64,000 bases of DNA, from positions 5,781 through 69,780 of the forward strand of contig JAACPI010000003.1 in assembly GCA_009995545.1 (NCBI GenBank), read 5' to 3'. This document shows positions 27,975 to 36,797 of the stretch, piece after piece. The translations under genes and the position numbers were made by a program. The notes below the pieces were generated by a model. That model searched no databases. It was given only the letters and a program-made list of their open reading frames with translations, and was not told where the DNA came from. This stretch comes from a bacterium. GTDB taxonomy: Bacteria; Patescibacteriota; WWE3; 2-01-FULL-39-13; JAACPI01. The number at the start of each line of letters is the position of its first letter. Within the stretch, counting starts at the first letter, position 1.

Positions 27975-28832
27975 ATGGATGAAGTAAGAACAATTTCCCC
28001 AGATATTGTTGGATATACTATATCAGAGGCAGGCATACTACCCCCCAAAGTTGAAACCTCAATAAGAGAAAGTATAGGTGAAACCGTGGACACCCTTTTA
28101 AGTGAATTTAAGGGATCTACTCCAAGAACTCTGGCCACTCGAGAAGAATTAATAAAGGGTATAGATCAAAGGCTGGTTTTTGTCGATGAAGAAGACATTC
28201 CAACCATAGCATCGGCTTTTTTCGATACTAATCCAGACGATAATAAAGCTAGCGCTTTTTTTAAAATCGACGGAGAAGGCCCTATTGCAGTAGGAGTACC
28301 CTCTAAAGAGAAAGCACAAAAAATATATAATAACCTAGATGATGAAAGTAAAAAACAAGTTAATACATTTATTTTAGGTTCAAATTTTTCAAGGGTGGAG
28401 GGAGTGAGATATTTAATTTTGGCCCAGAATTTAACTCACGAACTAGTCCATGTTTTACAAAATTTTAAAGAAGTTAATGTAAACAAACCAGAGGAACTGG
28501 CTTTTGTTGAAACTGCAGTAAGATACTATACAATGCGGATTTTTGAAAAAAATAACATACCGTATATAACAAACAAAGTCGACCTAACAGCATTTAAAGA
28601 ATACAGTTCAATTCTACGAGAGTTTGATGAACAGACTCTAAAAGATATTTTATTGGGTAATAAACCAAAAATTAGTCATAGTACAAGCTTTTTTAGCCCC
28701 GGTGCAGAAAGATTTGCAAATTACACCCGTGTAAAAATTAGGTTACTATCCAGTTTTGTTCCTAACAGAATTAAATACATTTTTGATAATGGTCTTAACC
28801 CCAATCTGACAACCCAGATACCCAACTTTTAA
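27975..28832 (+). CDS. Putative zincin metallopeptidase
   Basis: THELVHVLQ (HExxH) and downstream FVETAV (third-ligand Glu candidate). Confidence 0.6.
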   Translation: MDEVRTISPDIVGYTISEAGILPPKVETSIRESIGETVDTLLSEFKGSTPRTLATREELIKGIDQRLVFVDEEDIPTIASAFFDTNPDDNKASAFFKIDGEGPIAVGVPSKEKAQKIYNNLDDESKKQVNTFILGSNFSRVEGVRYLILAQNLTHELVHVLQNFKEVNVNKPEELAFVETAVRYYTMRIFEKNNIPYITNKVDLTAFKEYSSILREFDEQTLKDILLGNKPKISHSTSFFSPGAERFANYTRVKIRLLSSFVPNRIKYIFDNGLNPNLTTQIPNF

Positions 28833-28859
28833 AACTACCCAACCAATACGAAAAATAAA

Positions 28860-29687
28860 CTAAGATAAATCTAAACTTAACTTACCTAAAACTCCACGTA
28901 CAGAAGATTTAGCCTCGAACAATTCTTTAAGTTCCTCTAGCATAAATGTTTTGTTTTTTGCTCCGCCCTGCTTGATTAAAAAATTATAGGTGTAGTAATA
29001 AAGTAGCTGAAAAATTATCTCTTTAGTATACTCTTGACTATAATTATCGTTTAAAATTTTAAAGTAGTATTTATTTAAATCTAAGTATTTATTATTAAAA
29101 TTTTCAGAGGTTATAAAGCCTCCTAAAATACTAAATCTTAATAGGGGCTCAAAAATTAAACTTTTACTGCTTTTATTAAACTTGAAATTATTTATAACCT
29201 CCGCATCAAAAAATAAGATACTAATCCTTAAAGGTAACCTGCCATTAGCCGGTAACTCCTTTACAAAATTCTCTATCAACAACACAACTCTTAGATAATT
29301 CTGGGTACTTAAAATTACTTCGATATCTATGTCACTAAGTTTTTCTCTATCAGACTGATATAACTGTGCCTCCGTAGCTGAAATTAATTTTTTGCAGTCA
29401 AACGGTGAATTATTTAAATTACTACAGAATGACCCTACTACCCTTGCACAGTCAACACAGTCTTCTATCAACAAAAAAAGTTTTTCTAATAATACCAATG
29501 CGGCATTGTTTGTATCGCTGTATACAGAATTATCTAAATTAGAAAATATTGTAGGAAGTAAAATCTTATCATTTCTAAAGAATAAGAGGTTATCAAAACC
29601 TCTAGGAAAATACTCTATTAGTGGAGTCCTATTTATAAAATCTGTTATTCTTTCTTCTATATTTTGGTATTCTGTATTTTTAGCCAT
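28860..29687 (-). CDS. Hypothetical protein with nucleotidyltransferase-like motifs
   Basis: VVGSF...SDIDIEV with an unusually long spacer between GS and DxD. Confidence 0.5.
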   Translation of the reverse strand: MAKNTEYQNIEERITDFINRTPLIEYFPRGFDNLLFFRNDKILLPTIFSNLDNSVYSDTNNAALVLLEKLFLLIEDCVDCARVVGSFCSNLNNSPFDCKKLISATEAQLYQSDREKLSDIDIEVILSTQNYLRVVLLIENFVKELPANGRLPLRISILFFDAEVINNFKFNKSSKSLIFEPLLRFSILGGFITSENFNNKYLDLNKYYFKILNDNYSQEYTKEIIFQLLYYYTYNFLIKQGGAKNKTFMLEELKELFEAKSSVRGVLGKLSLDLS

Positions 29688-29731
29688 AACAAATAAGTAG
29701 AGTAATTCATTTTCATACATTAAAAATCGCG

Positions 29732-29746
29732 ATTAAATCCCCCACT
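29732..29746 (+). repeat. R7, 15-nt remnant identical to the start of R4
   Basis: attaaatcccccact also at 22886-22900. Confidence 0.5.
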
Positions 29747-29752
29747 TTAGCG

Positions 29753-30091
29753 TTAAACAAAATAAAGAGAATAAGTATAAACTTCAGAATAAACCTGACT
29801 TTCCTGAAAACAAAATTCATATCCTACGGATTCCAAAGTTTTAATAAATCTTTGTGCATCTGGTGTTGTGGGCTGAAATTCTAGCAACAACGGACCCTCT
29901 TCTCTTACGTAGAATTCAATTTGCTCAATTAAATGTTCAAACAACCTAGTACCGTTTGAAGGGGCATAAATAAAGGATAATTCTGCAATATAGCCTTGAA
30001 GTGAGGGGTCTAGAGGCTTCCAGAACTCAACGTTATAGTAAAAGCCGGTTTCTTCTTCAGAATATTTTAATTGTTCAGGTAATGACTTCAT
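29753..30091 (-). CDS. Hypothetical protein
   Basis: About 112-aa ORF from ATG 30091; no motif. Confidence 0.5.
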   Translation of the reverse strand: MKSLPEQLKYSEEETGFYYNVEFWKPLDPSLQGYIAELSFIYAPSNGTRLFEHLIEQIEFYVREEGPLLLEFQPTTPDAQRFIKTLESVGYEFCFQESQVYSEVYTYSLYFV

Positions 30092-30204
30092 TAAAAAAAT
30101 ATAACACACTGCAACCTTTAGATGGTTACACAAATCATAAACCAATAGCCTGCACCTCCCTACCTCCAGTAAGGATCAAATGAAGAGTATGCTATGATCT
30201 TAAT

Positions 30205-31020
30205 ATGGGTATAAACCTAGAAAATGACATAGATAAAGTTTTAAAAGACATTAAAATCTTTGTTTTTGATAATATTCTTACACAATTCCCCTTTTTAAAG
30301 AAAGACTCTTCAATAGTAGTATCGGGTTCTGTAGCAACAGAATGTTACGATAAAGATTCAGATATTGATATTCATGTAATTAGATCAGAAAATTTAGATA
30401 CGATATTATTAAACAGATTAAAAGATTACAAAAAAATTTTACGGGAATCTGGATCAAATATAGAACTACGATTTGCTAGTACATATGAAAAACTAGAAGA
30501 CAATTTAGGATGGAATACTGATTATATCTTAGGCGAAATAAATAACTACCTAATAATCTTTGATTATAATAACCGACTCACAGAACTAGTAAGTAAATTT
30601 AACTGGTACCCCAGCGAGATATATGAAGAAAAAATAAAGTGGTTACTTTCCGAAATGCTTATAATAATACAAAGAGAAATAAACTCTGCCACAATTAGAA
30701 ACCAGGGCTATTATCTAAGGGTGTTGAAAGTAAAATATGTAAAGTACGCACTAACTATACTTAGATTACTAAATAAAAAATATCCCGTTTATGACAAAAA
30801 ATCATATGAAACTACTCTAAAGTTACCTACCGTAAGCAAGGATCTTAAACTAGCTATAAATGAAATTTTAAGTAGCAAGGATAAAGACAAAATACCAAAT
30901 GTTATGCTAAAGGTGCACTTAAATTTAGTTAATTTAGTTGAATCTGAAACACATTTTAAGAGCTTGAAAAAAGAAGATTTACTTAATTTCAGTACCAAAA
31001 ACAAAATTCGGTTTGAGTAG
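30205..31020 (+). CDS. Nucleotidyltransferase domain protein (DUF4037-like architecture)
   Basis: VSGSVA...DKDSDIDI; WYP...; KYPVYDK helical C-terminal domain. Confidence 0.75.
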   Translation: MGINLENDIDKVLKDIKIFVFDNILTQFPFLKKDSSIVVSGSVATECYDKDSDIDIHVIRSENLDTILLNRLKDYKKILRESGSNIELRFASTYEKLEDNLGWNTDYILGEINNYLIIFDYNNRLTELVSKFNWYPSEIYEEKIKWLLSEMLIIIQREINSATIRNQGYYLRVLKVKYVKYALTILRLLNKKYPVYDKKSYETTLKLPTVSKDLKLAINEILSSKDKDKIPNVMLKVHLNLVNLVESETHFKSLKKEDLLNFSTKNKIRFE

Positions 31021-31095
31021 AGCTAACAAAGCGGAGAAGTATTTATACATACTGTGTGTGTGTTGGATGAGTATATGGTAAAATTAGCTTAGACT

Positions 31096-31815
31096 ATGGG
31101 TAAAATTCAAATTAAAATAAAGGAAACTGTCCTTATTTATCTTAAAAAACGACTCAAAAATATAGTTATTACCAAGTCCCTATCTAGATATATAGATACC
31201 TTGGATTTTATAAAAGAAGATAGAGTTGTACGAAGTAATTACTCGTTAGTTACTAAAGACCCAAAATTTAGCTACCAAACTCCCTTCTCAGAAATAAAAT
31301 TAATAAAACTATTAGTGGATCTTATAAAGGCTAAAAATATTCTCGAAATTGGAACCTTTAAAGGTTTTACTTCTGGTTATTTAGCCACTTCACCAAGTGT
31401 AAAAAAGGTTTTTACCTGTGAAATCGATGAAAGTAACATAAAACAAGCTCAAAAACTGTGGAATTCGCTAAAAGTAACCCATAAAATTACACCGCTCTTA
31501 GGTTTAGCTACAGAGAGTATGCAGGAGTTGATCCGTAGTAAAAAGTTTTTTGATCTTATATACATCGATGCAAACAAAAATCAGTATGATAGTTATTTTG
31601 ATTTGTCATTGCAGCTAATAGAAAACGAAGGACTTATATTAATTGATAATACTTTATGGGCGGGTTTGGTTGCGGAAAAAAATACATCCTTCTCCCACGC
31701 AAGACTAATTGACAAATTAAATAAAAAAATTGCTAAAAATAACAATTGTGAGTCAGTTATTATTCCAGCATGGGACGGCCTAACAATAGTCAAAATTAAT
31801 AAAAAAATTAAGTAG
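31096..31815 (+). CDS. Class I SAM-dependent O-methyltransferase (Methyltransf_3, CCoAOMT/TrmR-like)
   Basis: ILEIGTFKGFT, FDLIYIDANK, IDNTLWAG, DGLTI. Confidence 0.88.
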   Translation: MGKIQIKIKETVLIYLKKRLKNIVITKSLSRYIDTLDFIKEDRVVRSNYSLVTKDPKFSYQTPFSEIKLIKLLVDLIKAKNILEIGTFKGFTSGYLATSPSVKKVFTCEIDESNIKQAQKLWNSLKVTHKITPLLGLATESMQELIRSKKFFDLIYIDANKNQYDSYFDLSLQLIENEGLILIDNTLWAGLVAEKNTSFSHARLIDKLNKKIAKNNNCESVIIPAWDGLTIVKINKKIK

Positions 31816-31820
31816 TACCT

Positions 31821-33071
31821 ATGGAATTTCCGTATACAGTAAAAAGCGATCTTGGACCCAAGGCACTTAGCTTTTGGAACAACATTCTATTGCCAACTAA
31901 GGGTTCAGCTGTGGATAAAACTATAGAGGAAAGTTTGTGGAGAAGAAATCAATCGGAGAGTAATAAAAAAATGTCGGGATGGACAAAGGAATCGGATAAA
32001 AGAAGAAAAATCGTCTACTATAAACACCAATATAATGTTATCCAGAAAAAATCTATTAAATACCCCGGTAGCCTAATCTTAGAATCTACATACATCTACG
32101 AGTGCTTTACACTACCAAGTAAAGAGATAATTAAATACAAAAAATCTTTAGTACTAAGTGCAAATACCGGAAAATGGAAAAAATCTAAAGAAGCTGAAAA
32201 CCAGTTAAGCTATATAAAGGGCGATTTGATACTAAACATAAATCACTTTATAAATCCCCAAGATAGAATGGAAGAGTATGGTGACTTTCCAGAAAATTAC
32301 CAAACCCTAGAGATCACCATTAAATCCAAAAATTTTGTGGAAGGTGCCGACCTTCAAGGCATAATTTGGAACGTAGCAAAATCTGGACTCAGGAGGGCAC
32401 TGCCAAGGAATAAACCAACTTATATTGAAAATGTAGATAGAATTATTAAACACCTACCCTGTCAAATAGAGTTAGGTTGCGGAGCCGCATTTGAAGCAGG
32501 GGTCCCACCTTTACACGAATTACACGATACATATTTTATAAATGAGCCCTTCACCAAAAAATTTATTATTACAGCTGAAAAAGATTTACTAATGAAGTAT
32601 TACATATTAAATACAGAAAAGGAATTTAAGTTATCCTCAAGATTTTATAGTAAGGTACTAACAGCTAAGTTGACTCCTTTTTATAAAATATTACAAAAAC
32701 TATACAAAAAAAATTATGTCGTCGGCCCTATAATTACAAATAATTTTGATGGTGTTCACCTAAGAATGGGGATCCCCGAATTATATATAAGAACATATAC
32801 TGAAAGTGAAGTTATGCCAAACATAGATTTTCATCCGGAAGCTAAATCTCTTCTGGTCGTAGGGTGCCACGCAGACAGAAGAAATATCGAAATGAAAGCC
32901 AGGGATAAAGGGCTAAAGGTGATTTACATTGATCCAGAAGGTTGGTGGGTTAAAGGTAATTTTATTGAGTATAAATTAGAATCTCCTCAACAAAAAGATT
33001 TAATATACAGTCGAGGTGCAAGTGATGCCTTTTTGGAAATAGGGCAAAAACTACTATCTAATAAAGAATAG
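31821..33071 (+). CDS. Protein with unknown N-terminal domain and C-terminal SIR2/DHS-like NAD-binding domain
   Basis: ELGCGAAFEAGVP (GAGxS-like), IITNNFDGVH (TxNxD), LLVVG, VIYIDP. Confidence 0.65.
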   Translation: MEFPYTVKSDLGPKALSFWNNILLPTKGSAVDKTIEESLWRRNQSESNKKMSGWTKESDKRRKIVYYKHQYNVIQKKSIKYPGSLILESTYIYECFTLPSKEIIKYKKSLVLSANTGKWKKSKEAENQLSYIKGDLILNINHFINPQDRMEEYGDFPENYQTLEITIKSKNFVEGADLQGIIWNVAKSGLRRALPRNKPTYIENVDRIIKHLPCQIELGCGAAFEAGVPPLHELHDTYFINEPFTKKFIITAEKDLLMKYYILNTEKEFKLSSRFYSKVLTAKLTPFYKILQKLYKKNYVVGPIITNNFDGVHLRMGIPELYIRTYTESEVMPNIDFHPEAKSLLVVGCHADRRNIEMKARDKGLKVIYIDPEGWWVKGNFIEYKLESPQQKDLIYSRGASDAFLEIGQKLLSNKE

Positions 33072-33077
33072 GCCCTA

Positions 33078-34808
33078 CTACCCAAAAGTAAAAGCAAAAA
33101 CCTCTACGTTATTATCTTCAAATTCTAAAATTAGGGTTTCTTTTCCTGCATTTTTTAATTTTACTAGCTTGTATAAAGTATCTTTAGTAACTGTTACAAA
33201 ACCTCCAACAACATCTAAACCCAAATCATTTGGATTATTTTTTAGCAAAACTTTTACTTTAGAATTACCCTCTTTAGCCCTCATAACTAAAAAAACTTGC
33301 TGTGCATCAAAATTAAAGTATAACTTTGCACCAGCTTCAGGATTTGCAAACTCTTCATTAACAACCCAGTTACCTTCGTAGGCAAAACTATTACCCTTTA
33401 AATCTCTCGGTAAACTATAAGTTTCTAGCACGTCTTCTTTAATTGATTCATTAGAAGCAAAGCCTTTCAGCCTCCCATATCCTAAATATGTTTCTGGGGT
33501 CTTTGCGTAACTTTTCGGTGCTAATTCAGTTGAAATACTTTGCTCAACTTTAAGTAATTCTTGAATGGCTTTTTCTGTTTTATCGTAATCCCCTTCTCCA
33601 AAGTGGTAGTATCTTATATTACCCTCTTTATCAATTAGATATTTTGCAGGCCAATACCTATTGTTATAAGCCCGCCAAGTTGCAAAATCATTATCCTGCA
33701 TAACCGGATAGTTGATCCCAAAGTCTTCTAGTGCCTGTAACACATTTTTCGGATTTTTTTCAAATTCAAACTCGGGGGTGTGTACACCTATAATTACTAA
33801 ACCCTCCTTTTCGTATTTTTCCCACCAGGTTTTTAAGTAAGGTAGGGTTCTTTGACAGTTTATACAGGTATAAGTCCAAAAATCTATTAAAACAATTTTT
33901 CCCTTAAGCTGCGACATACTTAAAGGTTCAGAATTAAACCAAATTCCCCCCACTATAAGATCTGGTGCAAAAATTGGGTTTTTAACATTCAAAGGACTGT
34001 TATTAATTTTGGGTAAAGGAACATCAAATATAGAATTTGAGCTTTTTGTATTTTTATTAATATTTTGTAAGCTTTTATCAATTACAGAAGTATCCTCGAA
34101 TCTAGTAAGTCCTGCACCCCAATTTGGAAATGCAGATAACAAATAATTTTGAAATTTTCTATCAACACCAGTATAAATTCCGATCGCTAGTAGAATCATC
34201 AGTACTCCAAAAGCTTTTTGAATATTAACTAAATTCCTATTTAAAAGAGGTATTTTAGAAGTTACTTTAGACCCACCAAGCATAATCATTAACATAGGAA
34301 AAGCTGTACCTAAAGAATAGGAAAGGGTTATAAACAAGACAGAAGTATTAAAGACGCCAATTGCGGCTAAAGTTATTACAGACGCAAATATTGGACCCAC
34401 ACAAGGAGTCCAAAGCAGACCCAGAGAGATGCCAATTAAGAAACCACCACCAAACCCGGTTTTATCCTTAGAACTTAAGCCTTTACTTGAAAGTTTAGAA
34501 AAAAACTTTTCAGTCACTAACTGAAATTTTGGAATAACTAAGGAAAGTCCAAAACCAGCAATTATAAATACTGAGATTAACCTTAAGGTATCCGCTGAAA
34601 TGTTGGTAAGCCTGACTAGAGAAGATAAAAATAAAGTAAAAAAAGTAAAGCTTAAAATAAAACCTAATATAATCCCAAAAGGCTTCCTCTGACTAGATTT
34701 GTCACCCTCAACAGCTGATGAAAGGATAATAGGGAGTAACGGCAAGACGCAGGGAGAAAGTATTGTTACTAAACCAGCAATAAAAGAGTAAATTATAAGC
34801 AGAAACAT
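33078..34808 (-). CDS. dipZ: DipZ (CcdA TM domain + thioredoxin + C-terminal beta domain)
   Basis: LSPCVLP, WTPCVGP, DFWTYTCINC, TPETYLG, AFTFG. Confidence 0.9.
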   Translation of the reverse strand: MFLLIIYSFIAGLVTILSPCVLPLLPIILSSAVEGDKSSQRKPFGIILGFILSFTFFTLFLSSLVRLTNISADTLRLISVFIIAGFGLSLVIPKFQLVTEKFFSKLSSKGLSSKDKTGFGGGFLIGISLGLLWTPCVGPIFASVITLAAIGVFNTSVLFITLSYSLGTAFPMLMIMLGGSKVTSKIPLLNRNLVNIQKAFGVLMILLAIGIYTGVDRKFQNYLLSAFPNWGAGLTRFEDTSVIDKSLQNINKNTKSSNSIFDVPLPKINNSPLNVKNPIFAPDLIVGGIWFNSEPLSMSQLKGKIVLIDFWTYTCINCQRTLPYLKTWWEKYEKEGLVIIGVHTPEFEFEKNPKNVLQALEDFGINYPVMQDNDFATWRAYNNRYWPAKYLIDKEGNIRYYHFGEGDYDKTEKAIQELLKVEQSISTELAPKSYAKTPETYLGYGRLKGFASNESIKEDVLETYSLPRDLKGNSFAYEGNWVVNEEFANPEAGAKLYFNFDAQQVFLVMRAKEGNSKVKVLLKNNPNDLGLDVVGGFVTVTKDTLYKLVKLKNAGKETLILEFEDNNVEVFAFTFG

Positions 34809-34833
34809 CTATTAATCGTAACTTAAAAGTGCA

Positions 34834-35163
34834 TTAATTCCAATCAACGCCATCGTAATATCTAGTACCTCTATGACCTTTTTTGGTTACAGTATTTTTA
34901 ATTAATTCCCCGGGACAACCCACTATTATTAAAGTTCTGAGGCTTCCACTATCTGGATTTTTAGATCCCAGGATAAGCTTTACTATCTTTAATCTACCTC
35001 GCAACTTATCCTTAAAAATAGTATAAACGTAATCCCCTACTTTTAATTTAGAGGGCGTGCCTGCCATATGGAATTCAAACGTCTTTATTGTTCCGTTATA
35101 AAGCTGATTTAGAGCGCCATCTCCCTCACTGGCAGGTACTGTTTTAGTTATTCCAAAAAACAT
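34834..35163 (-). CDS. Hypothetical protein (possibly PUA/ASCH-like)
   Basis: 109-aa ORF with leaderless-type promoter; LKVGDYVY motif. Confidence 0.55.
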   Translation of the reverse strand: MFFGITKTVPASEGDGALNQLYNGTIKTFEFHMAGTPSKLKVGDYVYTIFKDKLRGRLKIVKLILGSKNPDSGSLRTLIIVGCPGELIKNTVTKKGHRGTRYYDGVDWN

Positions 35164-35231
35164 ATATAAAGTTTAACATTTTTTAGCTAAATATTTATTT
35201 AATCTCGCTATGACAATGTTATAATAAAAAA

Positions 35232-36116
35232 ATGTTCACCGTCCTTTTGTATTACAAATACGTTAATATTGAAAATCCAGAAAATTTTAAGGCTAAGCAG
35301 ACCGAGTTATGTAAAAAGCTGGGATTAAAAGGGAGAGTAATTATCTCCTCAGAAGGAATAAACGGAACAATAGGGGGAAGTAAAGAATCAACCACAGAGT
35401 ATATTAGTGAAACCAAAAAATATCCAGGGATGGTAAATATGGAATGGAAAATTTCCGAAAGTAAAACAGACCCATTTCCCAAATTAAGAATTGTAGCAAG
35501 AGAAGAAATAGTTACCTTAGGATTTAAAAAGACACAAAAAGACGTTAACTTGCAAAACAAAGCTAATTACATAGAACCCGAAGAGCTTAAAAACCTATAT
35601 GATAAAGGGGAGGATTTTATAATCATTGATGCAAGAAATGAGTATGAAGGAAGAATAGGAAAATTTAAAAATGCAATTGTTCCAGACATAAAAGTATTTA
35701 GACAATTCCCAGAATTCGTAAAAACTATTGGAGAATTAAAGAACAAGCCAATAGTTACTTACTGTACAGGGGGAATTAGATGTGAAAAAGCTTCAGCTTA
35801 TTTGAGAGAACAGGGATTTACTAATGTCAGACAATTACACGGCGGAATTCACGAATATTCAGAAAAGGCCGGAGGAAAGAATTTTGAAGGAGAAATGTAT
35901 GTTTTCGATGCAAGAATTAATATTAAGGTTAATCACGAAAACCCAACTATCATCAGTAAGTGTATCCATTGTGGCGAAAGTATAACGAGGTATATTAACT
36001 GCGCAAATAAACTATGTAATAAACAAATAGTCTGTTGTGAAAAATGTCAAAATGAAAAAAGCTCTACGTGCTCGGATAAATGCAGAATTTTAGTACAAAA
36101 TAAAGTTACTTCTTAG
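35232..36116 (+). CDS. trhO: tRNA uridine(34) hydroxylase TrhO (UPF0176 rhodanese)
   Basis: LLYYKYV, EGINGT, DARNEYE, YCTGGIRCEKAS, YVFDAR, Cys-rich C-terminus. Confidence 0.9.
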   Translation: MFTVLLYYKYVNIENPENFKAKQTELCKKLGLKGRVIISSEGINGTIGGSKESTTEYISETKKYPGMVNMEWKISESKTDPFPKLRIVAREEIVTLGFKKTQKDVNLQNKANYIEPEELKNLYDKGEDFIIIDARNEYEGRIGKFKNAIVPDIKVFRQFPEFVKTIGELKNKPIVTYCTGGIRCEKASAYLREQGFTNVRQLHGGIHEYSEKAGGKNFEGEMYVFDARINIKVNHENPTIISKCIHCGESITRYINCANKLCNKQIVCCEKCQNEKSSTCSDKCRILVQNKVTS

Positions 36117-36255
36117 AAGGAAGGCTTTTACAAGCTAAACAGTCGTCATCACCATCTAGTCGAATAATACCAAATCCGGCCCCACTACACTTTTCTAAAA
36201 CCTCTTGCGCATCTTCTTGATAAGTAAAGGCTGCACATGGGTTGTAAATGAACAT
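36106..36255 (-). CDS. 49-aa Excalibur calcium-binding-like domain (not in ORF track; possibly degenerate)
   Basis: MFIYNPCAAFTYQEDAQEVLEKCSGAGFGIIRLDGDDDCLACKSLPSKK; TAATG overlap with the NUDIX stop codon. Confidence 0.6.
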   Translation of the reverse strand: MFIYNPCAAFTYQEDAQEVLEKCSGAGFGIIRLDGDDDCLACKSLPSKK

Positions 36256-36788
36256 TAATTTTGAGGGTGTCGATGGAATATTAAGGGATAATTCTGTGAC
36301 TTATAATCAAAAGACGAAAGTATAATTTTTTTGATTAATTCAGATCGAACAGAGGGAACTTGCATATTTGCAACTTGTTTTTTCGTAAAACTTTTTATCT
36401 CTAATACCTCATCTTCTGTCATCATATCTCTATTCGGTTTGACTTTAGTATCAACCTTTCCAACGTAAATAAAACTATAATAGTCTTTAGATTTTTTTGT
36501 AAACTCAGTAATTGACAGTATTCCAGAAATTTTAGAGATTCTATACCCAGTTTCTTCTAAAAACTCTCTTTTAGCGGCATCTAAACTACCTTCATTTTTT
36601 TCAATACCCCCGCTTGGGATCTTCCAACGATTTAAAGTATCTTTTATTAGTAAAACTCTACCTAATTGATCCAAGGCAACAATACCGGCAACATTTCTTT
36701 GATATTTTCTATAGATTATTGACTTAATTTTGTAAAAAATGCGATTAAGAAATACCCGATTGATTGGGAGTAAAGACTTAGGCAGCAT
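36255..36788 (-). CDS. NUDIX hydrolase
   Basis: GGIEKNEGSLDAAKREFLEETG Nudix box. Confidence 0.88.
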   Translation of the reverse strand: MLPKSLLPINRVFLNRIFYKIKSIIYRKYQRNVAGIVALDQLGRVLLIKDTLNRWKIPSGGIEKNEGSLDAAKREFLEETGYRISKISGILSITEFTKKSKDYYSFIYVGKVDTKVKPNRDMMTEDEVLEIKSFTKKQVANMQVPSVRSELIKKIILSSFDYKSQNYPLIFHRHPQN

Positions 36789-36797
36789 GGTTTAAAT

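Noticed and set aside
17273-29746. CRISPR array interpretation of the dispersed repeats
   Set aside because: Spacing is mostly 1-3 kb and contains whole genes, the repeats are degenerate, and no cas genes are present
17273-29746. Classical integron (attC cassettes)
   Set aside because: No intI, no RYYYAAC...GTTRRRY attC hairpins at gene ends, and cargo occurs in both orientations
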